A stretch of 64,000 bases of DNA from an uncultured Planctomycetia bacterium (GTDB lineage: Bacteria > Omnitrophota > Gorgyraeia > 1-14-0-20-64-10). Both the position numbers and the translations under genes were made by a program. The stretch is from positions 47,050 through 111,049 of the forward strand of contig CAYJVR010000003.1 of assembly GCA_964373715.1 (NCBI GenBank). Direction: 5' to 3'. This document shows, in pieces, positions 18,291-27,489 of the stretch (position 1 is its first letter; each line of letters starts with the position of its first letter). The notes under the pieces were generated by a model. It had not been told where the DNA came from. It did not search any database and worked only from the letters and a program-made list of their open reading frames with translations.

Positions 18291-19771
18291 CCTGGGCCCT
18301 CCTCTCCCCGTTTGTTGGGGTTACCCTGCTCTTCGTGATTCCACAGTCCCGCGTGGACTGGGTCCGCCGGATTTCGGCCATCTTCGCCTTCATCCCGTTC
18401 GTAATCGCCCTTTACCTTATCTCCCACTACGACAGAACCATCGCCGGCTACCAGTGGGTCCATAAAATCCCCTGGATCAGCTCACTCGGTGTCTCCTATC
18501 AGGTCGGCGTGGACGGAATCAGCGTCGTCCTCCTGCTCCTGCACTCCATCTGCGGATTGGCGGGGGTCTTGATCTCCTACCGGATCACGGAGCGTGTCAA
18601 AGAGTATTACATCTTCTACCTCATGCTGATCGGCGGCGTCACCGGCGTTTTCGTCTCGCTCGACCTCTTCTTTTTCTACATGTTCTACGAGATGGCGGTC
18701 ATCCCGATGTTCCCGCTGATCGGCATATGGGGGTCCGGCGAAAAGTATTACGCCACGATGAAGCTGACCCTCTACCTCACCGCCGGAGCGGTGCTCGCAT
18801 TGGTCGGGCTGATGATGGTCTACATGATCAGCGGCATTTGGACCTTCGACCTGATCTTTCTGGAAAGGTACCTGGCGCAGAACCCGATCCCGGGCCACAT
18901 CCAGATCTTCCTGTTCCCGTTCCTGCTGATCGGCTTCGGTGTGATCGCGCCGATGTGGCCATTCCACTCCTGGTCGCCGATCGGCCACGCCTCGGCACCG
19001 GCCGCCGTCTCCATGCTCCATGCCGGTGTGCTGATGAAGCTCGGCTCCTACGCGATCCTCAGGGTCGCGTTCCAGATCCTCCCGCAGGGGGCCTACACCT
19101 GGATGCCCTGGGTGGCGGTGCTCTGCACGATGAACATCCTGTACGGCGGTTTCGTAGCGATGGCGCAAAAGGACATCAAGTACACGATCGGCTACTCCTC
19201 TTCGAGCCACATGGGCTACGTCCTCTTGGGCCTGGCCTGCCTGAACCCGGTCGCCTTAAACGGGGCCGTTTTCCTCATGTTCGCGCACGGCATCATGACC
19301 GCGCTGGCCTTCGCCAGCGTCGGCCATATCTACGACCAGACCCACACCCGCATCACCTCCGACTGGGGCGGCCTCTCAAAAAGGATCCCCTTCATCGCAA
19401 CGATGTTCGTGCTGGCTGCGCTGGCCTCCAGCGGTCTGCCGGGCTTCGGCAATTTCGTCGGTGAATTGCTCATCTTCTTCGGCTCGTGGGACGTTTACCG
19501 CTGGCCTGCCCTCGCGGCAATCTTCGGCATCATCACCACAGCCTTCTACATGCTACGCGCCGTAAGGACCGGTTTCTTCGGCCCACTTAACCCAAAGTGG
19601 GAGCATCTCGAAGACGCCAATACACTTTTCGAGAAAGCGCCGTACCTCCTACTCGTGGGGGCGTTGGTCGCGGTCGGCTGCTGGCCGAGGCTCCTGACCG
19701 AGATCGTCTCCGTCTCAACCGGCAATATCTTGAGCCACCTCTCTCCCTTGAAAACACTGGCGGGACTCTAA
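18272..19771 (+). CDS. nuoM: NADH-quinone oxidoreductase subunit M
   Basis: 499-aa antiporter-like subunit. Confidence 0.9.
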   Translation: MAMHPVTWALLSPFVGVTLLFVIPQSRVDWVRRISAIFAFIPFVIALYLISHYDRTIAGYQWVHKIPWISSLGVSYQVGVDGISVVLLLLHSICGLAGVLISYRITERVKEYYIFYLMLIGGVTGVFVSLDLFFFYMFYEMAVIPMFPLIGIWGSGEKYYATMKLTLYLTAGAVLALVGLMMVYMISGIWTFDLIFLERYLAQNPIPGHIQIFLFPFLLIGFGVIAPMWPFHSWSPIGHASAPAAVSMLHAGVLMKLGSYAILRVAFQILPQGAYTWMPWVAVLCTMNILYGGFVAMAQKDIKYTIGYSSSSHMGYVLLGLACLNPVALNGAVFLMFAHGIMTALAFASVGHIYDQTHTRITSDWGGLSKRIPFIATMFVLAALASSGLPGFGNFVGELLIFFGSWDVYRWPALAAIFGIITTAFYMLRAVRTGFFGPLNPKWEHLEDANTLFEKAPYLLLVGALVAVGCWPRLLTEIVSVSTGNILSHLSPLKTLAGL

Positions 19772-19774
19772 CCG

Positions 19775-21202
19775 GTGGACACACTCCTTTACCTTCTCCC
19801 TGAAGTCTGGGTGAGCCTCCTGGCTCTCTTCGTACTTTTTCTCGACCTCTCCTGGGAAAAGGAACGGCATCCCCAAATCGGCCTCATGGCGGCGATGGGC
19901 ATGATCCCGGTACTGCCGATCCTGTTCATGCAGAGACAGCTCGGCACGGTGGATCTCCTGTACGGGATGTACCGGATTGACCAGGTCGCGCTCATCTTCA
20001 AGGGGATCTTCATCTTTGCCGCGATCTTCGTGATCCTGATGACCCGGGAGCAATCCCGGACGATGGAACGGGGCCACGGGGAATTTTACTTGCTGATCCT
20101 CGCGGCGACGCTCGGCATGATGTTCGCCGCTTCAGCCGCCGACTTCCTGATGCTGTTCGTCTCGCTGGAGCTGATCACGGTCAGCTTCTACGTGATGACC
20201 TCCTACTTGAAGACGAACCTCCGTTCGCTGGAGGCCGGCGTGAAATATCTGATCCTGGGCTCGATCTCCTCCGCCTGCCTGCTTTACGGGATCGCCTTCG
20301 TCTACGGCACCACCGGCTCGGTCAATTTCTCCGAAATCCGGCATTTCCTCAAGGGAACCCCTTATTCCGCCAGCTGTCTCTTCGGCCTTTTCCTTATCCT
20401 GGGCGGCATCCTCTTTAAAGCGACGGCGGTCCCGTTCCAGCTCTGGGCACCGGATGTTTACGAGGGGGCCCCGACGCCGGTGACAGCGTTCCTTTCGGTA
20501 GGGTCCAAATCGGCCGGGTTCCTCGTGGCTCTGCGGGTTTTCCACGAGCTGTTCATGCCGGCCAGCAGCGACTGGGTGCCGCTCATGGTCTGGCTGTCGG
20601 GCCTCACGATCCTTTACGGAAACCTGGGGGCGATCTCCCAAAAGAACATCAAGCGGCTGTTCGGCTACTCCTCGATCGGGCACGCCGGCTACTTATTGAT
20701 GGGGCTGGCAACCCCCTCGAGTCTCGGCACGACCGCGGTGATCTTTTATCTCACCGGCTACCTATTCACGAACATGGCTGCCTTCCTCGTCATCATCACC
20801 TTCTCCAGCCACACCAACTCGGATGAAATTAAGGATTACGCGGGCTTGGCCAGACGCTCGCCGTTCCTGGCGATGGTGATGTTCGTCTCCCTGCTCTCGC
20901 TGGCGGGCGTGCCGCCGATGGCCGGCTTTATCGGCAAATTCATGCTGCTGTTAAGCGCCCTCTCGGAAGGATTTTTAGTGCTGGCGGTGATCGGAGCGGC
21001 AGCGGTGGTGATCTCGCTCTACTACTATCTCATGATCGTCCGGACGATCTACGCCGACACCCCGTCCGACGCCTCCCCCATTCCGGTTTCCTGGCCGGCA
21101 AAGATCGCGATGATCACCTGCCTGGCCGGCATCTTCGTGATCGGCGTCTGGCAGGAGCCGTTTTTGAACGCCTCCTTCGCCGCCGTCAAGAAACTCTTCT
21201 GA
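19775..21202 (+). CDS. nuoN: NADH-quinone oxidoreductase subunit N
   Basis: 475-aa antiporter-like subunit. Confidence 0.9.
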   Translation: MDTLLYLLPEVWVSLLALFVLFLDLSWEKERHPQIGLMAAMGMIPVLPILFMQRQLGTVDLLYGMYRIDQVALIFKGIFIFAAIFVILMTREQSRTMERGHGEFYLLILAATLGMMFAASAADFLMLFVSLELITVSFYVMTSYLKTNLRSLEAGVKYLILGSISSACLLYGIAFVYGTTGSVNFSEIRHFLKGTPYSASCLFGLFLILGGILFKATAVPFQLWAPDVYEGAPTPVTAFLSVGSKSAGFLVALRVFHELFMPASSDWVPLMVWLSGLTILYGNLGAISQKNIKRLFGYSSIGHAGYLLMGLATPSSLGTTAVIFYLTGYLFTNMAAFLVIITFSSHTNSDEIKDYAGLARRSPFLAMVMFVSLLSLAGVPPMAGFIGKFMLLLSALSEGFLVLAVIGAAAVVISLYYYLMIVRTIYADTPSDASPIPVSWPAKIAMITCLAGIFVIGVWQEPFLNASFAAVKKLF

Positions 21203-21939
21203 TGGATCTGAACCAGGAACTTTTCATCGGCCTTCCGCGGCAGGGCCCGGGCAGCAACGCCTGCACGCGGAAAGCGCTTCGCCTTTTCACCAAACTCCCT
21301 CCGACACCGGAAATCCTCGACCTTGGCTGCGGCACCGGCTTGACCTCGGTTCAGCTTGCTCACCAGACCGGGGGGCATGTCACCGCGGTGGACATCTGCA
21401 AGCCGTACCTCGACCAGCTGACGATCTACTCCCAGCTCACCAGCCTGAATAACCGGGTCAAGCCGCATCTGGGCAAAATGGAAGAGCTGCCGTTCAAGAA
21501 GGAAAGCTTTGATCTGATCTGGGCCGAAGGCTCGATCTATCTGATCGGGTTCAAGAAAGGGCTCGAGTACTGGAGGGGGTTCCTCAAGAAGGGGGGATTC
21601 GCCTGCGTGAGCGAGCTGACCTGGCTCTCAAACGAGCCGCCGGATGAGCCGAAACGATTCTGGAAGAAGAAATACCCCGCGATGAAGGACATCCGGGGCA
21701 ACCTGAAGCTGGCCGAAGAGGCCGGTTACAAGCCAGTGGACCAGTACCTGATCCCCGAACTGGACTGGTGGCAGAATTACTACGGGCCGATGGAGCGGAG
21801 GATTGTGGACCTGCGTGGGCAGTACGCCGCCGACCCGGACGCCCTGCAGAAGCTCAAGGAACAGCAGGCGGAGCTCACTTTGTTCAAGGAATACGCGAAC
21901 ATCTACGGCTACGTCTTCTACGCCCTCCAAAAATCGTAG
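21202..21939 (+). CDS. Class I SAM-dependent methyltransferase, start-overlapping the nuoN stop
   Basis: LDLGCGTG motif I and a downstream acidic motif II. Confidence 0.7.
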   Translation: MDLNQELFIGLPRQGPGSNACTRKALRLFTKLPPTPEILDLGCGTGLTSVQLAHQTGGHVTAVDICKPYLDQLTIYSQLTSLNNRVKPHLGKMEELPFKKESFDLIWAEGSIYLIGFKKGLEYWRGFLKKGGFACVSELTWLSNEPPDEPKRFWKKKYPAMKDIRGNLKLAEEAGYKPVDQYLIPELDWWQNYYGPMERRIVDLRGQYAADPDALQKLKEQQAELTLFKEYANIYGYVFYALQKS

Positions 21940-21979
21940 GAATAGGTGTGGGGCTCCTTTTCGGAATCACCCTTATGGG

Positions 21980-22006
21980 GTCCTTCGACAAGCTCAGGGC
22001 GAACGG
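21980..22006. repeat. 27-bp dispersed repeat, family R3, copy A (MTase/nuoI convergent intergenic region)
   Basis: GTCCTTCGACAAGCTCAGGGCGAACGG, identical at 26 of 27 positions to 23985-24011. Confidence 0.65.
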
Positions 22007-22039
22007 GGTACCTCCGCCACAAGGCTTTGGCGGACGCCC

Positions 22040-22097
22040 CGTGAGCGGGGCGAAAAACAAAAACCGGGCGGCTCCTGAACAGGAACCACCCGGATTT
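22040..22097 (-). terminator. Candidate rho-independent terminator for the minus-strand nuoA-I operon. An adjacent GC hairpin may also terminate the plus-strand nuoJ-N/MTase transcript.
   Basis: Minus-strand RNA: CCGGGUGGUUCCUG-UUCA-GGAGCCGCCCGG followed by UUUUUGUUUUU. It lies just 3' of the nuoI stop. A neighbouring CGCCCCG-ugag-CGGGGCG hairpin is also present. Confidence 0.5.
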
Positions 22098-22124
22098 GCC
22101 TTTACCGGGGAGGGAGAGTTGGGG

Positions 22125-22787
22125 TCAGTGCCCTTTGGACGTTAGCTCCCGCAGGCGCTTCCAACCCTCTTCGGTAATCTGCTTCCGATCCTTATTATAC
22201 ACCTGCTTCCAGTCTCCCGTCATCTCTTCTTTATGGAACGAGCATTTGTGGGGGAACTTGAGGTCGCATTTCTTGGTGGCCTTGCGCAGTTTCGGATCCA
22301 TCAGCTCATGGATGTCCAGCTTCATCTCGTCGCGGGTGTAGGCCGCCACGTCAAGGATATTCGTGTCCATCCGGATCGCGTCCTCCGGGCAGACCTCCAC
22401 GCAGTAGCCGCAATAGACGCAGACCCCCAGGTCAATATCGAACTTGACAGGGTACTTCTCCACGTTTGGGTCCGGGTGCTCGCCGGCCACGATCGTGATG
22501 CATTTGGCCGGGCAGACCGTCTCGCAGAGCATACAGCCCACGCACCGGGGGGTCCCCTCTTCGCGGACAGTCAGCCGGTGCCGGCTCCGGAAGCGGGGGG
22601 CCAACGGCCTCGGGTTCTCCGGGTATTGGAACGTCACGCCGGCCTGCACATCCTTCATCAGGCCGAACCGGTGGGCCGTGTGGATCCCCAGGTTCCGGAA
22701 GAAGTGAACGGAGGTGATATAGACCCCCCGGAAGATCTCCGGCAGGTACAGGTTTTCCCAGAATGTCAGTTCCCTCTTACGGATCAT
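22125..22787 (-). CDS. nuoI: NADH-quinone oxidoreductase subunit I with a ~60-aa Lys-rich C-terminal extension
   Basis: Two CxxCxxCxxxCP ferredoxin motifs. 220 aa versus the typical ~160-180 aa. Confidence 0.85.
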   Translation of the reverse strand: MIRKRELTFWENLYLPEIFRGVYITSVHFFRNLGIHTAHRFGLMKDVQAGVTFQYPENPRPLAPRFRSRHRLTVREEGTPRCVGCMLCETVCPAKCITIVAGEHPDPNVEKYPVKFDIDLGVCVYCGYCVEVCPEDAIRMDTNILDVAAYTRDEMKLDIHELMDPKLRKATKKCDLKFPHKCSFHKEEMTGDWKQVYNKDRKQITEEGWKRLRELTSKGH

Positions 22788-22790
22788 GCG

Positions 22791-23930
22791 CTACCAGCCT
22801 TTCGGGAAGAAGACCGCCATCACCAAAGCCGTCACCGCCACGTTCGCCAGCGCGATCGGGAAAAGGACCTTCCAGCCGAGCTTCATCAGCTGGTCGTAGC
22901 GAAACCTCGGCAAGGTCCAGCGGATCGTCATGAAGAGCCAGCAGAAAAAGATCACCTTCAGCGAGAAGGACCCGACGCCCATCAGGGCGTAGACCAGGTT
23001 ATTCACCGGCACCGACCCCCCCCAGGGAAAGTAAAACCCGCTCGGAGAAAGGAACGGCACCTGCCACCCGCCAAGGAATAGGGTGGTAAGCAGGCAGGAG
23101 ATCAGCACCGTCTCGAGGAAATCCACCATGAAGAAGATGCCGAACTTCATGCCGCTGTACTCCACAAAATAGCCGACGATCTCCGACTCCCCTTCCGGGA
23201 GGTCGAAGGGAATCCTTTTGGTCTCGGCGAGCGCCGCCGCCATGAAGACGAAGAAGGCGACCGGCTGGAGGAATATCCCCCACATCGGCAGAAAGCCGAA
23301 CAGATACCTGCCCTGCGCCCTCACCATCTCCTGCAGGTCGAGCGTGCCGTAGAGCATCACGAGGCCGATGATCGAGATCCCCAGCGCGATCTCATAGGAG
23401 ATCATCTGGGCCGAGGCCCGCAGGGAGCCGAGGATCGCGTAGTTATTTTTTGAGGAGAAGCCGGCCAGGATCACGCCGTAGACCCCGAGCGACATCATCG
23501 CGAAAACGTACAAAAGGGCGATGTCAATCTTGGCGATCTGCAGGTCGATCACCTGCCCGCTTAAGACCAGCCGGTCGCCGAACGGAATGCCGGCGAACGC
23601 CACCAGCGCGAAAAACATCGAGAGGAACGGGGCCAGCGTGTGGAGGAACCGGTCGGCGTTGGCCGGAATGAAATCCTCCTTGGTAAACATCTTCACAGCA
23701 TCGGCGACCGGGTGGAACAGCCCGAGTACATTGAGCGGCCTCAGCAACCAGTTGATCGGCGCCGCCCATTTCCAGGGTAGACGGATATAGGCCCGGTTTG
23801 CGCCAATCCGGTCCTGCATCAGGGCCGACTGCTTGCGCTCGACCCAGGCATGCAGACCCCCCAGTTGGAGCACGAAACCGAGAATAAAGGCCCCCGCCAG
23901 ACCGGCCTTGACCGCAATCACGGAGATCAT
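22791..23930 (-). CDS. nuoH: NADH-quinone oxidoreductase subunit H
   Basis: 379-aa polytopic ND1-like protein. Confidence 0.9.
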   Translation of the reverse strand: MISVIAVKAGLAGAFILGFVLQLGGLHAWVERKQSALMQDRIGANRAYIRLPWKWAAPINWLLRPLNVLGLFHPVADAVKMFTKEDFIPANADRFLHTLAPFLSMFFALVAFAGIPFGDRLVLSGQVIDLQIAKIDIALLYVFAMMSLGVYGVILAGFSSKNNYAILGSLRASAQMISYEIALGISIIGLVMLYGTLDLQEMVRAQGRYLFGFLPMWGIFLQPVAFFVFMAAALAETKRIPFDLPEGESEIVGYFVEYSGMKFGIFFMVDFLETVLISCLLTTLFLGGWQVPFLSPSGFYFPWGGSVPVNNLVYALMGVGSFSLKVIFFCWLFMTIRWTLPRFRYDQLMKLGWKVLFPIALANVAVTALVMAVFFPKGW

Positions 23931-23952
23931 CGGGCGGCCACCTCGATCTCAC

Positions 23953-25623
23953 TCATGGTGAGCCTGTCGAACCATGAGCAGCGCGTCCTTCGACAAGCTC
24001 AGGACGAACGGTGGTTAATTGCGCACCCTGCAGGCCGATCTTGTCGTGCGAAAGCCCTTCGAAAGCCGGATTCTCGGCCGCCAGCTTCGCAAAGATCTCT
24101 TCAGGCGACGCAAAGGGGGCCGGGATCTCCAACAGATGGAACAGCTCCAGAAGTGTTTTCCAGTCGGGGCGGGCCTCCCCCAGAGGAGCGAAGGCCGGCA
24201 GTATCCGCTGTACCCTGCCGTGGCAGTTGACGAACGTACCGTTGTTTTCCGCGAAGACGGCGCTCGGCAAAACCCAGTGGGCATGCTTCGCGGTGCCGTT
24301 CTCGTTCGGCCCCTGGAACACGAACACCTCCAGCTTGTCGGCCAGCGTTTTCACCTTCTCTTCGCCGATCAGATTGACCAGGTCATGGCCGAAGACCCAG
24401 AGGGTCTTGATCTCGCCGGCCAAAGCCTTCTCGATGATCGCGCCGGAAGCGCTGGCCCCGTTGCCCGGCTTGGCCGGCGCGGAAGCCCCCGGGAAACCGA
24501 CCAGCGTGGCCCCGAGCGTGTTCGGATTCTTGTCCCCCTTGATGAGGAAGTCGTCGGAAGAGCCGGGCTGGCGCGGCACCTGGATGTCGCAGTGGCCGAT
24601 CCCCAGAGATTCCTTGAACAGCTTGCGGACCAGATAAAGCTCCTCGTTGGTCTGCTGGGCCGACGGAAGCACACCGACCTGCCCCTGCTTCCCTTCCGAT
24701 TTCGCGCGGCTGAGCGCATCGGCGAGCCCGCTCAGCGCCTGGTCCCAGGTAGTTTCACGCCCCTTCTGCCGGACCTTCAGTATCCGGTCCTTATCAATGA
24801 ACTTGTAACCGTAGCGGCCCTCGTCGCACATCCACCACTGGTTCACCTCTGAGTTGTACCGGGGCTTGACCCGCATCACGCGGGCGCCGTCGGCCAGGTG
24901 CGGCCGGTCGGTGACGTAATGAAGATCAATGTTGCAACCCTGCGAACAACCGGTGCAGACCGACGGGGCCGTTGAAAGATACCAGACCCTCGCTTTGAAC
25001 CGGAAATCTCGGTCGGTCAGGGCTCCAACCGGGCAGATGTCTACCACGTTGCCGGAGTAATTGTTTTCGAGCACCTTGCCCGGATAGAGACCAACTTCCG
25101 CCTTGTCTCCCCGGTTAAAAATCCCCAGTTCGCCGGTCTTGCTCACTTCATCGGTGAACCGGGTGCATCGGGAGCAGAGAACACACCTCTCGGCGTCCAG
25201 CATCACGGTGGGGCCAAGAGGCAGAGCCTTCGCCTTCTTGACCTTCTGCTCCTGGAACCGTGAATCGTACAGCCCGTACTGCATGTAGAAATTCTGCAGG
25301 TCGCACTCCCCCGACTGGTCGCAGACCGGGCAGTCGAGAGGATGGTTGATCAGCAGGAACTCAAGCACCGACTGCTGGCCCTCGGTCACTTTCTGGGAGT
25401 TGGTGCGGACTACCATCCCCTCGGCGACCGGTGTGTTGCAGGCAATCTGGAGTTTCGGGGCTTTCTCGATCTCCACGAGGCAGATCCGGCAGTTGCCGGC
25501 AATCGAGAGGCCCGGGTGATAGCAGTAGCGGGGCACGAAGATGCCGAGTTTCTCCGCCGCCTGGATCACCGTCGTCCCGGGCGGGACCTCGACCTCTTTT
25601 CCGTCAATCGTCAGTTTAGGCAT
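23953..25623 (-). CDS. nuoG: NADH-quinone oxidoreductase subunit G (short form)
   Basis: The N-terminal 2Fe-2S and 4Fe-4S Cys motifs are present. The last ~17 codons are encoded by a dispersed 27-mer repeat. Confidence 0.85.
   Translation of the reverse strand: MPKLTIDGKEVEVPPGTTVIQAAEKLGIFVPRYCYHPGLSIAGNCRICLVEIEKAPKLQIACNTPVAEGMVVRTNSQKVTEGQQSVLEFLLINHPLDCPVCDQSGECDLQNFYMQYGLYDSRFQEQKVKKAKALPLGPTVMLDAERCVLCSRCTRFTDEVSKTGELGIFNRGDKAEVGLYPGKVLENNYSGNVVDICPVGALTDRDFRFKARVWYLSTAPSVCTGCSQGCNIDLHYVTDRPHLADGARVMRVKPRYNSEVNQWWMCDEGRYGYKFIDKDRILKVRQKGRETTWDQALSGLADALSRAKSEGKQGQVGVLPSAQQTNEELYLVRKLFKESLGIGHCDIQVPRQPGSSDDFLIKGDKNPNTLGATLVGFPGASAPAKPGNGASASGAIIEKALAGEIKTLWVFGHDLVNLIGEEKVKTLADKLEVFVFQGPNENGTAKHAHWVLPSAVFAENNGTFVNCHGRVQRILPAFAPLGEARPDWKTLLELFHLLEIPAPFASPEEIFAKLAAENPAFEGLSHDKIGLQGAQLTTVRPELVEGRAAHGSTGSP
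23985..24011. repeat. R3 repeat copy B (encodes the C-terminal tail of nuoG)
   Basis: GTCCTTCGACAAGCTCAGGACGAACGG. Read in the nuoG frame it encodes ...VRPELVEGRA... Confidence 0.65.
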
Positions 25624-27489
25624 TTAGGCGTGGACCTCTGTCCTTGCCAGATCGCACTTCCCGGTGGCGACGTGGTGCTCGAACTCGCTCCGGAACTTGT
25701 TGATGTAGCTCTGCACCGGCCAGGCCGCCGCGTCGGCGAAAACGCAGATCGTTTTCCCCTCCATGTTGGAGGCGATCGAGAGCATGTTGTTGATGTCGGC
25801 GGGCCGTCCTTGCGCGTTCTTCACCCGGTCCATGATCTTGAGAATCCAGCCGGTCCCCTCCCGGCACGGGGAGCATTGGCCGCACGACTCGTCGGCGAAG
25901 AAGTGGGCGGCGCTCTGCAAAGCGTCCACCATGCAGGTGGTCTCATCCATCACGATTACGCCGGCCGAACCGGCCATCGTGCCGGCCGCCATCAGCGAAT
26001 CGAAGTCCATGCCGACCTCTATCTCATCAGCCTTCAGGATCTTCGCGGAGATGCCTCCCGGCACCACCGCCTTGAGCTTCTTGCCCTCCCGGATGCCGCC
26101 CGCGTATGTCGCGGAGTAGATCAGTTCTTTTAATGAGACGCCGGCGGAGGCCTCGTAAAGGCCGGGCCGGACCACGTGGCCGGAAACAGAAAAAAGCCGC
26201 GTGCCCCCCTGCTTCGGGGTGCCCAGCTTGGCGAACCACTCGGGGCCGTTGCGGATGATCGGCGGCACAGCGGCGAGGGTCTCCACGTTGTTCACGATCG
26301 TCGGACACTTGAAGAGGCCGGAGATCGCCGGGAACGGCGGCTTCAGTTTCGGGAAACCCTTGCTCCCTTCGAGCGAGGAAAGCAAAGCCGTCTCCTCCCC
26401 GCAGATGTAGGCGCCGGCCCCCTTGTGCACCACGAGCTCCAGGTCAAAACCGGATCCCTGGATGTTCTTGCCCAGCCACCCTTTGGCGTACGCCTCAGCG
26501 ACCGCCTTGCCAAAGCGCTCGATCGAGCGGTCGTATTCGCCCCGGATGTAAACATAAGATTTATGGGAACCGATCGCGTAGGCGGCGATGATGATCCCTT
26601 CGATTAAAGAGTGAGGGTCCCTCTCGAGGATATACCGGTCCTTGAAGGTGCCCGGCTCCCCCTCGTCGGCGTTGACCACGAGGAACTTCGGCTTCGGGGA
26701 ATTCTTCGGGATGAACGACCACTTCTTGCCGGTCGGAAAGCCGGCGCCGCCGAGGCCGCGCAGATTCGCCTTGCTGACCGTGTCGATCACCTGCTCCGGC
26801 TTCATCGTGCTCAACACCTGCTTCGCCGCCTGATAGCCCTTGTCGGCCGTGTAGGCGTCGAACCAGGCGCCGGCCACGCTCTTGAAACGGCTCGAGATCA
26901 CCGGCCCCTCTGTGGCAATGTGAAGCGCCGGTTCCGGAACGTTCAGACTCCCGCCCGGGCCGCTCCGGGTCTGCTGGATCACCGTCTCGAAGATGGTTTT
27001 ATCGGTCAGGCAGCCGACGTATTGCTTGTTCACCTGAGCGCAGGGGGCCGCCTCGCACGCGCAGAGACACTCGACCGTGGAAAGGGTCACCTGCCCGTCC
27101 GGCGTGGTCTCTCCGGGAGATATCCCGTACCGCTCCTTCATCTGGGCGATCACGTTCTTCGACCCTTTAAGGAGACACGGCAGGGAGACGCAAACCTGGA
27201 CGTTGTATTTGCCGACTGGCTTCGTGTGATAAAGGGTGTAGAAGGAAACCACCTCCCGGACATGGACAATGCTGGTCTCCACCTTGTCAGCCACCCATTG
27301 TTCCGCTTCGGGGGTAAGATAACCGATCGAATCCTGCGCGAGCCACAACAGAGGCAGGGTCGTGGCTCGCTTCTCCTCGTACTTCTCGAGGATCTCGTTC
27401 GCCTGGGCTTCCAGTTTTTGGAAGTCGAATTTTCCGTGCCCCATGCCCCCCGCCCCTTGTCCCTTATCTCCTGCTCCCTGTCCCATCAT
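25624..27489 (-). CDS. nuoEF: Fused NADH-quinone oxidoreductase subunits E and F (24-kDa 2Fe-2S domain plus 51-kDa FMN/NADH/4Fe-4S domain)
   Basis: The N-terminal ~170 aa have the NuoE Cys motifs (CVSLPC...CLCACEAAPC). The remainder is NuoF, with GLGGAGFPTGKKWSF, a GEPGTFKDR segment and the 4Fe-4S CGQCSPCREG motif. The N-terminal leader is Gly-rich. Confidence 0.85.
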   Translation of the reverse strand: MMGQGAGDKGQGAGGMGHGKFDFQKLEAQANEILEKYEEKRATTLPLLWLAQDSIGYLTPEAEQWVADKVETSIVHVREVVSFYTLYHTKPVGKYNVQVCVSLPCLLKGSKNVIAQMKERYGISPGETTPDGQVTLSTVECLCACEAAPCAQVNKQYVGCLTDKTIFETVIQQTRSGPGGSLNVPEPALHIATEGPVISSRFKSVAGAWFDAYTADKGYQAAKQVLSTMKPEQVIDTVSKANLRGLGGAGFPTGKKWSFIPKNSPKPKFLVVNADEGEPGTFKDRYILERDPHSLIEGIIIAAYAIGSHKSYVYIRGEYDRSIERFGKAVAEAYAKGWLGKNIQGSGFDLELVVHKGAGAYICGEETALLSSLEGSKGFPKLKPPFPAISGLFKCPTIVNNVETLAAVPPIIRNGPEWFAKLGTPKQGGTRLFSVSGHVVRPGLYEASAGVSLKELIYSATYAGGIREGKKLKAVVPGGISAKILKADEIEVGMDFDSLMAAGTMAGSAGVIVMDETTCMVDALQSAAHFFADESCGQCSPCREGTGWILKIMDRVKNAQGRPADINNMLSIASNMEGKTICVFADAAAWPVQSYINKFRSEFEHHVATGKCDLARTEVHA

